From the IMG/VR virus record IMGVR_UViG_3300026478_000263: 64,000 nt of DNA. One strand, written 5' to 3'. Every line of letters begins with the position of its first letter. The stretch's first letter is position 1. Shown piece by piece: positions 46,112 to 56,287 of the stretch. The position numbers were made by a program, and so were the translations under genes. The notes beneath the pieces are model-generated. The model was not told where the DNA came from. It searched no databases and saw only the letters and a program-made list of their open reading frames with translations. Source of the DNA: a virus (Duplodnaviria; Heunggongvirae; Uroviricota; Caudoviricetes).

Positions 46112-46480
46112 ATGTCAATGTACAACATGATATTTGGCATGAATCCCGATAGCGGAAAGTTACTTGAAATTCTAGGCAAAACTGCAAGCGACTTTGGTCG
46201 TTTCCGTAATGTCTATATGGATGAAGGTTACATTGTTGTTCATACACGTAATGGTGGTGGTAACCGTGAAGACTACGAAGATGTTTTTGATGAAATGTCA
46301 GAACATCCTTGGTACAGTCATGATGAGGACGACTCATTTGACTGCACTTATGCTAACATCTATTTCAAGGTTCCAGAAAACTACAAGGATTTTCTTGCTA
46401 TTATGAATCTTAACGAAGGTCAAAAGCCTAGTGAACAATGGGCTGAACTTTTCGGAATGATGGAAGCAATGAAAAAATAA
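46112..46480 (+). CDS. hypothetical protein
   Basis: 122 aa; tightly packed operon. Confidence 0.4.
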   Translation: MSMYNMIFGMNPDSGKLLEILGKTASDFGRFRNVYMDEGYIVVHTRNGGGNREDYEDVFDEMSEHPWYSHDEDDSFDCTYANIYFKVPENYKDFLAIMNLNEGQKPSEQWAELFGMMEAMKK

Positions 46481-46489
46481 GGAGGCATT

Positions 46490-46957
46490 ATGCCTTGGAT
46501 TGAAAATGTAGCCGCCGATGATATCCCAAAAAGATTTCATCACGAAGCAGGCGAAAATAGTATGCTGATTAGTATCGTTGACCCGGCGAGCTGGCGTCCT
46601 ACTCCTGCCCATAAGTTCAAGGAAATTCATAACTTTGAATTTTTGGACGTGGAGGAAAACGACCACGTAGACGACGAAGCAATGAAGTGTAGTCAAGAAC
46701 AAGCCAATCAACTTGTGGCTCTTTTACAACACGCTTTGGATAACAAAATGAACGTTGTTGTTCATTGTTTTGCTGGAATTTGTCGTAGCGGTGCTGTATG
46801 CGAAGTAGGCGTAATGCTGGGCTTTCAGGATACAGGGCGGTTTAGAAGCCCTAATCTGCTCGTTAAGCACAGAATGATGCGAGCCTTGGGTTGGACCTAC
46901 GATGCGGACGAAAAGCCCAACATCGACGATTGGCGCACATACAAGCCCGTTGTATAA
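46490..46957 (+). CDS. dual-specificity/protein-tyrosine phosphatase (CX5R)
   Basis: VHCFAGICRSGA active-site P-loop (HCxxGxxRS). Confidence 0.7.
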   Translation: MPWIENVAADDIPKRFHHEAGENSMLISIVDPASWRPTPAHKFKEIHNFEFLDVEENDHVDDEAMKCSQEQANQLVALLQHALDNKMNVVVHCFAGICRSGAVCEVGVMLGFQDTGRFRSPNLLVKHRMMRALGWTYDADEKPNIDDWRTYKPVV

Positions 46958-46984
46958 AAACAACATTTGCCCTGTCTTCGAGAG

Positions 46985-47013
46985 TTGACAGGGCGTTCTT
47001 TTGGCTGTATAAT
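46985..47013 (+). promoter_or_regulatory. sigma70 promoter TTGACA-17-TATAAT
   Basis: perfect hexamers upstream of 47038 gene. Confidence 0.6.
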
Positions 47014-47037
47014 ATAACAAGAAAGAAGAGCGAAAAA

Positions 47038-47586
47038 ATGAAAACATGGATTACAAGCGACTTACACTTTGGACATAAGAACATCATGAAGTTCTGTCCA
47101 GTGACGAGAGCACGATTTAAAGACGACGTTGCATATATGAACAACGCCATGGCCGAAGAATGGAACCATAAAGTCAAACCTGAAGACACAGTCTACATCT
47201 TAGGCGATGTAGCGTTCATGTCAGGTAGTGATGCTGGTAGAATGGTAAAGCGTTTGAATGGCACAAAGATTTTAATTAGAGGAAATCATGACCGTAAGAC
47301 ATTGATGGACGAAACGTTCCGTGGTGCGTTTGCAGAAGTACACGAGTATTTGGATATTACATATGATGGTCACAAGATTGTCATGTTTCACTATCCGATT
47401 GCTGAGTGGGATCAAATGCACAGAGGAGCATTACATTTTCATGGTCACTTACACGGAGGTGTTAGTGGATTAGAAAAGTATCGTGCATTCGATGTAGGTA
47501 TGGATTCAACCGGTGAGATTGTTGTGTCAATGGAATATGCGATTGGCAGAATTAAAAACAACGAAATTAAGGGTCATCATGTTTAA
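47038..47586 (+). CDS. metallophosphoesterase (calcineurin-like)
   Basis: DLHFGH, GDVAF, GNHD motifs; start trimmed to the Met after the promoter. Confidence 0.65.
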   Translation: MKTWITSDLHFGHKNIMKFCPVTRARFKDDVAYMNNAMAEEWNHKVKPEDTVYILGDVAFMSGSDAGRMVKRLNGTKILIRGNHDRKTLMDETFRGAFAEVHEYLDITYDGHKIVMFHYPIAEWDQMHRGALHFHGHLHGGVSGLEKYRAFDVGMDSTGEIVVSMEYAIGRIKNNEIKGHHV

Positions 47587-48463
47587 AGATGAATTGAAGG
47601 AGTATGTAAACACTAGTAACCTAGTCAACATGAAAGAATGTGGCGATGGTATCTATGTGCTAAAGTACAAGAAGAAAGTGTTCTACGATAACTTGTGGAA
47701 CGAATACATCGCCGAATGTCGAGGTACTATTGTAGACTCTGAGTTTAATGTAGTACAACGACCATTCACAAAGATCTATAACTATGGTATTGAAAAGGAA
47801 GCACCAGTGCTATCCGACGATACTGAGATCACAGCACTTCGTAAAGTTAACGGCTTTATGGTTGCTATGACTTGGCACAATGGAGATATCCTAGTTTCAA
47901 CAACAGGTTCTACTTCAGGCGAGTTTGTCGATATGGCAAAGGAATATATCACTGATAACTTCCGTGATGTACTAAGATGTGCCCCAGATTTTACTTTTAT
48001 GTTTGAGTGCGTTCATCCAACTGACCCACACATCATACCTGAAGAACCTGGACTGTACTTTATCGGATTCCGTCACAAAGACTGGAACGGTAAGTTATAC
48101 TACGAAAAGTTTACGCTAGAACCTTTGGGCAAGCATCTTGGATGCCTCCCTGTGGATATCTTTACTACTACAGTAGGCGAGTTAAAGGCTCTAGTAAAGA
48201 CTGTTAAGCACGAAGGTTTTGTATTCTATACTAAGGACGGCGTTGGTTCTAAGATCAAGTCACCTTACTACTTGACTTCAAAGTGGGTTGCTCGCAATCC
48301 ACGCACAGACAAGTTAGTAGACTTGAACAAAGACATCAAGCACAATTTAGACGAAGAATACTATCCACTAGTGGATGCTATCCGTGCTAACATTGAGGAG
48401 TATACTGCTATGGACGAGCAAGCTCGTTTATCTTGGGTACGCAACTATATGGAGACAGTATGA
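47579..48463 (+). CDS. RNA ligase-like nucleotidyltransferase (putative)
   Basis: KVNG lysine motif variant and overall Rnl-like length; ATG at 47579 overlaps upstream stop; sits next to a kinase and phosphoesterases. Confidence 0.5.
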   Translation: MFKDELKEYVNTSNLVNMKECGDGIYVLKYKKKVFYDNLWNEYIAECRGTIVDSEFNVVQRPFTKIYNYGIEKEAPVLSDDTEITALRKVNGFMVAMTWHNGDILVSTTGSTSGEFVDMAKEYITDNFRDVLRCAPDFTFMFECVHPTDPHIIPEEPGLYFIGFRHKDWNGKLYYEKFTLEPLGKHLGCLPVDIFTTTVGELKALVKTVKHEGFVFYTKDGVGSKIKSPYYLTSKWVARNPRTDKLVDLNKDIKHNLDEEYYPLVDAIRANIEEYTAMDEQARLSWVRNYMETV

Positions 48464-48693
48464 GATGTGAAGATGAAAGTCATTTGCCTGTAGCAGAGCA
48501 AAGCCTAGTGTTCCGCTTGTATAAACGAGCAGAGATACGTAGGCAGATTCCTGGCAGGTTAGCAGTCACAGAAGGTAAGCCCGACAAGATTGCTAACTTG
48601 TTAGAAGAAGCCGCAATGGAAATTCAAATGCTAAGGGCAACCTTAGCCGAAATCAGTAAGCATACAAAAGGAAGGGACAACTTTCAACCATGA
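48460..48693 (+). CDS. hypothetical small protein
   Basis: ATGA overlap start MRCEDESHL. Confidence 0.3.
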   Translation: MRCEDESHLPVAEQSLVFRLYKRAEIRRQIPGRLAVTEGKPDKIANLLEEAAMEIQMLRATLAEISKHTKGRDNFQP

Positions 48694-49148
48694 AGTGTTA
48701 TCAATTAATCGGAGTGCCAGGTGCAGGTAAGAGCACTTGGATTAAGAATCAAGACTGGGCTAAGGATATTCCTGTGGTTAGCACAGATAAGTTTGTGGAA
48801 GAATACGCTGAAAAAATGGGTAAAACCTACAACGAAGTTTTTGATGAATATATGCCTATTGCCGTAAAGTTGATGGCTAACCAAGTCGAAATTTGTAAGG
48901 CAAATAATTTAGATATCATCTGGGATCAGACCAGTGTTTCGATTAAGAGCCGTAAGCGTAAGTTCAATATGTTGCCTAACTATGAACATATTGCTGTGGT
49001 ATTTCCAACTCCTAAAAAGGAAGAATTGGATCGACGTTTAGCCAGTCGTCCAGGCAAGAACATTCCAGATTCAGTTATGCGTAGCATGATTGATACTTTT
49101 GAAATGCCAACCGAAGACGAAGGCTTTAAGGAAATCTGGAGAACTTGA
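48690..49148 (+). CDS. P-loop polynucleotide kinase-like protein
   Basis: Walker A GVPGAGKST at N-terminus, 152 aa, resembles T4 Pnk kinase domain / AAA_33. Confidence 0.55.
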   Translation: MKCYQLIGVPGAGKSTWIKNQDWAKDIPVVSTDKFVEEYAEKMGKTYNEVFDEYMPIAVKLMANQVEICKANNLDIIWDQTSVSIKSRKRKFNMLPNYEHIAVVFPTPKKEELDRRLASRPGKNIPDSVMRSMIDTFEMPTEDEGFKEIWRT

Positions 49149-49184
49149 CCTTCTCCAGATAACTATACTTTTAAGGAGTGTGGT

Positions 49185-49370
49185 ATGGTAGCAAGAAACG
49201 ACATCACAGGCGACTCTATTCAAACCAAAGGAGTCACTGACAACTATCGTAATAATTACGATAACATTTTTCGAAAAAATAAAAAGACAGATGCAGAAAA
49301 GTTTGATGAAGCAATAATGAAAAACGAATACTACGATTTGGACGAATCGAACGATAAACCCAAGAAGTAA
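49185..49370 (+). CDS. hypothetical small protein
   Basis: 61 aa ORF. Confidence 0.3.
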   Translation: MVARNDITGDSIQTKGVTDNYRNNYDNIFRKNKKTDAEKFDEAIMKNEYYDLDESNDKPKK

Positions 49371-49372
49371 AC

Positions 49373-49401
49373 TTGACTTTACATTAATAAGATAGTATAA
49401 T
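49373..49401 (+). promoter_or_regulatory. sigma70 promoter TTGACT-17-TATAAT
   Basis: consensus hexamers 8 nt upstream of gene 49409. Confidence 0.55.
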
Positions 49402-49408
49402 CATAAGC

Positions 49409-49771
49409 ATGGACTATCTAACTATTGCACTCATTCTATTGGCTTTACTTCAGGTTAAGCATTGGTACATTGACTTTGTTAATCAAAGTGACGAAGAGGT
49501 CAAGCATAAAGGAATTTATCTCGACTGGCGTGGCATTAAACACAGTCTAAAACACGGCTTTGGTACAACCGTAGTCGTGCTAACTGTGGCCAATCTTAAT
49601 GTAGCACTGGCTATGGGTGCGTTAGATTTTATAATGCACTACCACATAGACTGGGCTAAAATGAATTGGGGTAATAGAGATATTACTACTAAGGAATTTT
49701 GGAATCATTTAGGCCTAGATCAAATGGCTCATCAACTAGGTTATCTTTTAATCATTTTCATTCTGGTATAA
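49409..49771 (+). CDS. membrane protein
   Basis: 3-4 TM helices; 120 aa. Confidence 0.4.
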   Translation: MDYLTIALILLALLQVKHWYIDFVNQSDEEVKHKGIYLDWRGIKHSLKHGFGTTVVVLTVANLNVALAMGALDFIMHYHIDWAKMNWGNRDITTKEFWNHLGLDQMAHQLGYLLIIFILV

Positions 49772-49774
49772 TAT

Positions 49775-50308
49775 ATGGCACAACACTTAATGGTCGACTT
49801 GGAAACTCTTGACACAAAGACTACAGCAACTATTCTTACCTTGGGCGCAGTAAGGTTTGATCCGTTTACAAATGCACCCATGAAAGAACTTTATCTGCGT
49901 GTGGAGATAGACAGCCAAGATGCTCTAGGTTGTACTGTAAGCGACGACACACTAAAATGGTGGAATCAGCAGGATACTAACATCATGGAGGAAGCATTTG
50001 ATCCAAGGGATCGTATTCCAATCCATGAAGTTATTAATCAGTTTCATGCACTAGCATGGGGGTGCAGTCATTTTTGGAGTCACGGTGCTACTTTTGACTT
50101 AATGATTTTGCAGAATATCTACGAAAAATTAGGTCGTGCATATCCTTGGAACTTCTGGGAAATGCGTGACACACGTACATTGTTTGAACTAGCAGATCCT
50201 GAAATGCCGCAGGATGCAAAACACAATGCGTTAGAAGATGCTAAACGACAGGCTATAGGAGTGCGTAATGCCTACAGAAAACTCGGATTCACCGGATACA
50301 AACGTTAA
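49775..50308 (+). CDS. DEDDh 3'-5' exonuclease (DnaQ-like)
   Basis: Exo I motif MVDLETLDT and C-terminal HNALEDA (Exo III) motif. Confidence 0.65.
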   Translation: MAQHLMVDLETLDTKTTATILTLGAVRFDPFTNAPMKELYLRVEIDSQDALGCTVSDDTLKWWNQQDTNIMEEAFDPRDRIPIHEVINQFHALAWGCSHFWSHGATFDLMILQNIYEKLGRAYPWNFWEMRDTRTLFELADPEMPQDAKHNALEDAKRQAIGVRNAYRKLGFTGYKR

Positions 50309-50861
50309 AATAAGCTCAAGCCCAGAGCGTCATAGTTTTCAATTAAACGGATATATCGAACGTTGTGCGGAAGAAGGTAAAGAGCCTAGAGAAGATTACT
50401 TAAATCTTTTTAAAACCTTTCGTGAACAAGACGAAGAAAACATGTCTAACCCCGAATGGCAGGAAAATAATTTAGAATACGACCTACGTAGTACAGATTG
50501 GATTCTAGCCAAGGTTCGTAACAGCGATGCCTATGCACAGAATCTTTATGCGGCTATGTGTAATATGCGTTTTGTTCGTAAAGAAATGTTTCCTTATCTG
50601 CGACAAGATCCTGACAAAGATTTGTGGAGTGCTAGTTGGCGTAGTGCTGGCGGCATTGTTGCAGATATGCGTCAAGAAGGTGATTACATTGATTGGTACT
50701 GTTCAGGTATGGGCGGACTTAATCAAGAGTACGATGCTAAAGAAACTAATGAACAATGGCAAAAGCGTACAGGATATGTGCCCGAAGGCATTGTTACAGA
50801 AGAAATAGAAGCAGATTTACTTAAACTAGGTTGGATTCCTGTACCCTGGGAAGACGAATAA
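50268..50861 (+). CDS. hypothetical protein
   Basis: 197 aa; 40-nt overlap with upstream gene, start uncertain. Confidence 0.4.
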   Translation: MPTENSDSPDTNVKISSSPERHSFQLNGYIERCAEEGKEPREDYLNLFKTFREQDEENMSNPEWQENNLEYDLRSTDWILAKVRNSDAYAQNLYAAMCNMRFVRKEMFPYLRQDPDKDLWSASWRSAGGIVADMRQEGDYIDWYCSGMGGLNQEYDAKETNEQWQKRTGYVPEGIVTEEIEADLLKLGWIPVPWEDE

Positions 50862-50865
50862 ACTA

Positions 50866-50897
50866 CAAACTTTACCCGCTTCGGCGGGTATTTTTTT
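50866..50897 (+). terminator. rho-independent terminator
   Basis: CCCGCTTCGGCGGG hairpin + TATTTTTTTGA. Confidence 0.75.
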
Positions 50898-50951
50898 GAC
50901 TATTGTATCTATACCAAAACTCGCTAAATATAGGATAAGCGAGGATTTCCC

Positions 50952-53111
50952 ATGGCATATACACCATTAAATTTAGGCGACGGCATTAGTAGAGAACCGT
51001 TAGGATCAGCCTTAAAAAAGATTGATACAATGATCGGAGAATTGTACACTACAATTCCAGAAGGTGACTTTTCAGCAGTATCACAAAATATTGTTCCAGA
51101 CAGTGATTTAACATACAACTTAGGTAGCCCTACAAATCGTTGGCACAGTTTATATGTTGGTTCTGGATCTGTGTATATTGGCGATGCCAAACTATCAGCA
51201 ACTACTAATGGACAGGTTATTCTTCCTGGTGTTTATGATCCTACTGGACACCAAGCAGTTGAAGTCTATCCCAAAGCAGGTCCAGTACAAGACAGAACAT
51301 GGGGGAACGCTTTAAATGTTAAATTAATCGATGCTTTTGCATGGGCAGTATTAGGTGGTACACAACTAACTGTTCCCTATGGATGGATCAGAGCAACGTA
51401 TTCTGCAACATTAGATGCTGATGGTTATATCAGCGGCGCCACCGTAGACACTGGCGGTAACCACTATTCTGACAGCGATATCAATGGAGTTGTTGATGTT
51501 GCTACAATCTGTACAGATTATATGTATGTTTACATCGGTGGCGTAACTGATCCGTTTGCCTCCTTTGTAGCGTCCGATTGGCAACAGATTCCTTTCGCTG
51601 TTCGCTGTCAAGCAACTGCTACCACTTTAAGTGCAACTATTGGTCAGAGTGTAAGTTATAACGATTTGTTAGATGCACCTAATCAAAATTTAAACACAAC
51701 AGATAGCGTAGAATTTGCAGACGTCACAACTCCTTCGATTACTAATAGTACTAATACTTGGTCATTTGGTACAGACGGTGCGTTAGATTTTCCTACTAAT
51801 TTAAAAATTGCTAAGTTAGGCGACTATAGCCCAAGTCTCGGAACGATGATGATTCAGGCACTAAATGAATCAATACATATTGCGGCACCGGGTAATAATT
51901 CTCAGATATTAGTAGGCTGGACATCTTCTAACGGTCTCGATTTGGCGACCATTGGCTTTAATTCTGATTCCGATGGATTAAAGGCAGTAAAGATTTCAAC
52001 TGGTAACTATGGTGCAACCGTGCATGGTTGGATATTTGGAGACGATGGTACTCTAACATTACCAGCAGGTGGCACTATTGCATTTGACAACGGTACATTG
52101 GCTGTGGACGGATATACAAGAAATACTAACGACCCGTTTGCCATTAATGTTGCCGATACCGCAGGTAGCATTACACTTAACTGGGGTGTAAGTCATAGCG
52201 CATATACTAATAAAATTATTTTAAATAATACCGGTGTTAAATTAACTACAAACGGTACTAAAGATTTTACATTTAATACAGACGGTTCAGTAACACTACC
52301 TAACAACGGTATTATTAATGCAGGCAGTGCTGCCAATGGACAAGCATCAGTTGGTTGGAAAGAATTCCTAGCAGGTCCAACTATTGGTTGGGGGCTATAT
52401 GCTGAGAACGATATCTATATTCAAACGTTCAACGATATTACCAAGCCTACATGGGTATTCAAAGAAAACGGCACAACAAGATTTCCAGGGTTCACATTCC
52501 CAGCCACAGACGGAACCAGTGGACAAGTTCTAGCAACAAACGGTTCAGGAACATTGGCATGGACAACAATTAGCGGCGGAGGTGGTGGCACAGATATTTC
52601 TACGGCCAGTATTAATGACCTGGCAGATGTGACTGTTTCTAGTCCAAGTGTTGGGCAAGTTTTAAAATGGAATGGTAGTGCATGGGTTAATGATACCGAT
52701 GCAACTGGTGGCGGGGGCGGCGGTGGTACACTATCGACCAGAACAACACGTTCTGTTACTACTTCTTCGATAGCAAACTTAGCCAGTGCTAATGCTACAA
52801 TTACAGGCTTCAGTGGTTATGCGTTATTAAGTATTCAAACTAGTGCGGCGGCTTGGGTAACTGTTTATACATCTTCTGCGGCACGTACAGCAGATGCTAG
52901 TCGTGCAATTACAGATGATCCAGTACCAGGTAGTGGAGTAATTGCTGAGGTAATTACTACCGGAGCACAAACACAAACATTTACTCCTGGTGTATTTGGC
53001 TATAACGATGAATCTAGTCCAACTACAGATATACAAATTAAAGTAGTTAACAGAAGCGGCTCAACAGCGGCTATTACTGTTACAGTAAAACTACTACAAT
53101 TGGAAGCATAA
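50952..53111 (+). CDS. putative tail fiber / virion structural protein
   Basis: 719 aa, beta-rich, Gly/Thr/Asn-rich with poly-Gly linkers, directly upstream of large S8-domain structural protein. Confidence 0.45.
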   Translation: MAYTPLNLGDGISREPLGSALKKIDTMIGELYTTIPEGDFSAVSQNIVPDSDLTYNLGSPTNRWHSLYVGSGSVYIGDAKLSATTNGQVILPGVYDPTGHQAVEVYPKAGPVQDRTWGNALNVKLIDAFAWAVLGGTQLTVPYGWIRATYSATLDADGYISGATVDTGGNHYSDSDINGVVDVATICTDYMYVYIGGVTDPFASFVASDWQQIPFAVRCQATATTLSATIGQSVSYNDLLDAPNQNLNTTDSVEFADVTTPSITNSTNTWSFGTDGALDFPTNLKIAKLGDYSPSLGTMMIQALNESIHIAAPGNNSQILVGWTSSNGLDLATIGFNSDSDGLKAVKISTGNYGATVHGWIFGDDGTLTLPAGGTIAFDNGTLAVDGYTRNTNDPFAINVADTAGSITLNWGVSHSAYTNKIILNNTGVKLTTNGTKDFTFNTDGSVTLPNNGIINAGSAANGQASVGWKEFLAGPTIGWGLYAENDIYIQTFNDITKPTWVFKENGTTRFPGFTFPATDGTSGQVLATNGSGTLAWTTISGGGGGTDISTASINDLADVTVSSPSVGQVLKWNGSAWVNDTDATGGGGGGGTLSTRTTRSVTTSSIANLASANATITGFSGYALLSIQTSAAAWVTVYTSSAARTADASRAITDDPVPGSGVIAEVITTGAQTQTFTPGVFGYNDESSPTTDIQIKVVNRSGSTAAITVTVKLLQLEA

Positions 53112-53112
53112 T

Positions 53113-55767
53113 ATGACAACACCAATTCCTCATCTAGGGAATCCAGAAGATCAAAGTCTTAAAGAATACATTGTTACCTTAAAAGACTTTAAAGACTCGG
53201 AAGAGTTTTATAAAGATATGGAAACACCTAGCGGAAATTTATACATTCCTGATCGAATGGTAGAGTGTGTTAACAGACGACCTATTAGTCGAAATACACA
53301 TTATATGTTGACCTATGACGAAGCGGCACAGGTTAGAAACGATCCTAGAGTTTTTACTGTTGAATTAAATCATACAGATCTTGGTATGGTTATCGGCTGT
53401 GACGGGTTTACTCAAACTAGTTCAAACTTTGACAAACGTGTGGCCAGCGACAGCGTCGATATCAACTGGGGCCTGTTACGACTAAACAGAAAAACAGATA
53501 TTAGTAATTGGGGTATTACTGGCACAGTTAATCAAGCGGCAACTATTATTATGGATGCCAGTGGTAAAAATGTTGACGTAGTTGTTATGGACGATGGAAC
53601 TCCGTACCCTACTGTGTACGAATATGCACAGAATCCAGATGGTACTGGTTATAGCCGAATGGTTGAATACAACTGGGAGCAACACAATCCTGTAGTAACT
53701 GGTGGTGCGGCAGGCGAATACAGTTATCCGGGTTACCGATTACAAGAACATGGTGGACATACTACTGGAAACTGTGCAGGTAACACACAAGGGTTTGCTC
53801 GCGATGCTAATATCTATAATATTACATTCTACGATAGCATAGATTATGTAAGAGAATTTCATAAAAATAAACCAATCAATCCGTTGACTGGTGTTAAAAA
53901 TCCAACAGTTATGAATAACAGTTGGGGATATCGTTTAAATGGAATTACAGAGTCTAGCATTAGTTCTGTGTATTATAGAGGTGTTACATATAATCGTCCT
54001 AGTACAGGATGGACTACAGCAGATTTAGACACATTTAGGATCCGTACTGGTGCGGCATTGCCAACACAAAGTTCCGCAACGGATATAGATATGATTGAGG
54101 CGATGAGCGAAGGCGTCATCATTGTAGCCAGCGCAGGAAATAGTTATTGGTATATAGATGTTCCTGGAGGTCCTGACTATGACAATTATATGGTCTACGG
54201 AGGAGTTAGTTACTATATTCACCGAGGTAGTAGTCCTGGCTCGGCAAATGGTGGCACAGAAGATACAAAAATTATCTGTAGCGGAGCAATAGGACAACAC
54301 AACGAAGCAACAAATGCTAGTATCTACGCCTCGACTGGTATTGAGGTCGGCGACTACAAAGCAGAATTTAGTAACTACGGTCCTCGCATTGATGTATATG
54401 CACCCGGTTCTGGTGTTCAAAGTGTTTGGAATAGTGGAGCATCGTTGTATGATGGGACTGCCGCTACTGATCCAAGAGTTACTGCATTAGGCGGATCTGA
54501 CTCAATTAATAATAATTTTAAAAAGTGTCCTGGCACTAGTATGAGTTGTCCTAATACCGTAGGTGTAATTGCCTGTTATGCAGAAAAATATCCTCGTATG
54601 ACACAGGCAGATGCTCGTGCATTAATAGCCGCAATTAGTACAGACACAGTATTAAGTACCAACGGCGGAACGTTTGATGGTAAAGATGCTGGGTTTACTT
54701 ACAATCCAAATAGTTGTAGAAAGATGTTGTTCTTTCAAGGAACAAGACATCCAGGTCAAGAAGTCGGTGGATATTATCCAACACCTTTCCCAACAGTAAA
54801 CAACTGGTACAGACCTACCAGTGGACAAGTATATCCAAGAAAGAAAACTCTTAACAGTTATAATAAGGCCGCAACATTTAGTCTAGCAGTAGACGATTCA
54901 ACAGTATCAAATACTCAAACTGCTACAGTAACATTAACTACTACTAACGTTGCTAATGGTACACAGGTTCCTTATATTATTACAGCAAAGCCTGCGCCGT
55001 CCGGTTCATTGACTACTACTGCGTTCTCTGGTGTTTATACTGCTGATGCTATAGTTACTGGTATAACTTTAGATACAAGACCTAACAGCGGAAATAGATT
55101 CTTAACTACTGGTTTACCTAACGGTTCCAGTAGTGTTATTACAAATAGTATATTAGGTGCCCTAGCATTGTCTAGTTCAACACCTACTGTGCCTGGAGCG
55201 TTGACCTTTGTTGGCAGTCAAGACGATGGATACTGGACTGTTCCACTGCCGTTCAATGTAACATTCTGTGGTACAACATACAATACAATTTATATTGGAA
55301 CAAATACATATATCACATTTGGTGCTGGTTCATCAAACTGGAGTCAGTTAAATGGTACTAACCCTCCTTATCCAAAGATAATGATAAGTTCTGCAGACAA
55401 TAGTTGTCAACGAATCTATTATGGTGCAGAAGGCACAGCACCTAACAGAACTTTCCGTGTTCGCTGGGAGGGAACAGCGTCTACATCTGGCACACTAGGT
55501 TCACCTAATATGGTTTACGAAGCAGTCTTTTACGAAGCCACTCCTAATCAAGTTGATGTACATACAGGAGTTAACGCTCGTTGGTCTACTACTGTAGCAA
55601 CATATCCATTTGCGGCTGGTGATGTTAGTGTTCCATTAACTGGAGTAATGACGGTTAGCAGTAATACCGCATCATTACCAATAACTATTAACACCCAATC
55701 GGCGCTGACTATGAATGTGCGTTTGGGGATATTTCCTGCACCAAATGTCAATATATCGGTAAACTAA
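53113..55767 (+). CDS. large structural protein with subtilisin-like (S8) peptidase domain
   Basis: Asp (VVVMDDGT), His (HGGHTTGNCAGN) and Ser (GTSMSCPNTVG) catalytic-triad motifs; 884 aa with Thr-rich beta C-terminal region. Confidence 0.65.
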   Translation: MTTPIPHLGNPEDQSLKEYIVTLKDFKDSEEFYKDMETPSGNLYIPDRMVECVNRRPISRNTHYMLTYDEAAQVRNDPRVFTVELNHTDLGMVIGCDGFTQTSSNFDKRVASDSVDINWGLLRLNRKTDISNWGITGTVNQAATIIMDASGKNVDVVVMDDGTPYPTVYEYAQNPDGTGYSRMVEYNWEQHNPVVTGGAAGEYSYPGYRLQEHGGHTTGNCAGNTQGFARDANIYNITFYDSIDYVREFHKNKPINPLTGVKNPTVMNNSWGYRLNGITESSISSVYYRGVTYNRPSTGWTTADLDTFRIRTGAALPTQSSATDIDMIEAMSEGVIIVASAGNSYWYIDVPGGPDYDNYMVYGGVSYYIHRGSSPGSANGGTEDTKIICSGAIGQHNEATNASIYASTGIEVGDYKAEFSNYGPRIDVYAPGSGVQSVWNSGASLYDGTAATDPRVTALGGSDSINNNFKKCPGTSMSCPNTVGVIACYAEKYPRMTQADARALIAAISTDTVLSTNGGTFDGKDAGFTYNPNSCRKMLFFQGTRHPGQEVGGYYPTPFPTVNNWYRPTSGQVYPRKKTLNSYNKAATFSLAVDDSTVSNTQTATVTLTTTNVANGTQVPYIITAKPAPSGSLTTTAFSGVYTADAIVTGITLDTRPNSGNRFLTTGLPNGSSSVITNSILGALALSSSTPTVPGALTFVGSQDDGYWTVPLPFNVTFCGTTYNTIYIGTNTYITFGAGSSNWSQLNGTNPPYPKIMISSADNSCQRIYYGAEGTAPNRTFRVRWEGTASTSGTLGSPNMVYEAVFYEATPNQVDVHTGVNARWSTTVATYPFAAGDVSVPLTGVMTVSSNTASLPITINTQSALTMNVRLGIFPAPNVNISVN

Positions 55768-55806
55768 AAGTTGACATTTTTAAACTAATATAATAAACTA
55801 AGGATT

Positions 55807-55980
55807 ATGAACGAATCAAAAACGTACACGGTAGAGGAAATATTCGAAGACATACCTGGAGATCCAGATAATGTCATGTTCAAAATTCCTCCTGAAATCT
55901 GTGAAAAAATGGGATGGAAAGAAGGAGATAAAATTCATATCTCCGTAACCGATGGTCGTATGATCTTTACTAAAGAATGA
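55807..55980 (+). CDS. AbrB/SpoVT/MazE-like small DNA-binding protein (57 aa), not in ORF track
   Basis: [17 protein letters not shown] swapped-hairpin-like motif; AAGGAT RBS; ATGA overlap with infA. Confidence 0.35.
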   Translation: MNESKTYTVEEIFEDIPGDPDNVMFKIPPEICEKMGWKEGDKIHISVTDGRMIFTKE

Positions 55981-56192
55981 GCAAAAGCGATTTATTAGAA
56001 ATGGAAGGATCCATTTCTGAAGTATTACCTAGCAATATGTTTAGGGTAACTTTGGAAAATGGGCATGTTCTTACTTGCTACACTAATGGCCGACTGCGCC
56101 AAAATAAAATCAAAATCATCTTGGGCGACAAAGTTCGGATTGAAATGAGCCCTTACGATTTGTCCAAAGGCCGAATTACATACCGCCTTTGA
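55977..56192 (+). CDS. infA: translation initiation factor IF-1
   Basis: 71 aa; [64 protein letters not shown] aligns along the full length of bacterial IF-1. Confidence 0.85.
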   Translation: MSKSDLLEMEGSISEVLPSNMFRVTLENGHVLTCYTNGRLRQNKIKIILGDKVRIEMSPYDLSKGRITYRL

Positions 56193-56193
56193 C

Positions 56194-56222
56194 TTGACTT
56201 TTAAATAATTTGACTGTATAAT
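56194..56222 (+). promoter_or_regulatory. sigma70 promoter TTGACT-17-TATAAT
   Basis: consensus hexamers upstream of 56288 gene. Confidence 0.55.
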
Positions 56223-56287
56223 ATTCCATATACACAATAATAATGTTGTGTGTAGGTGGCCAAGAGAAGGCCTAGAAAGGAAATTAT

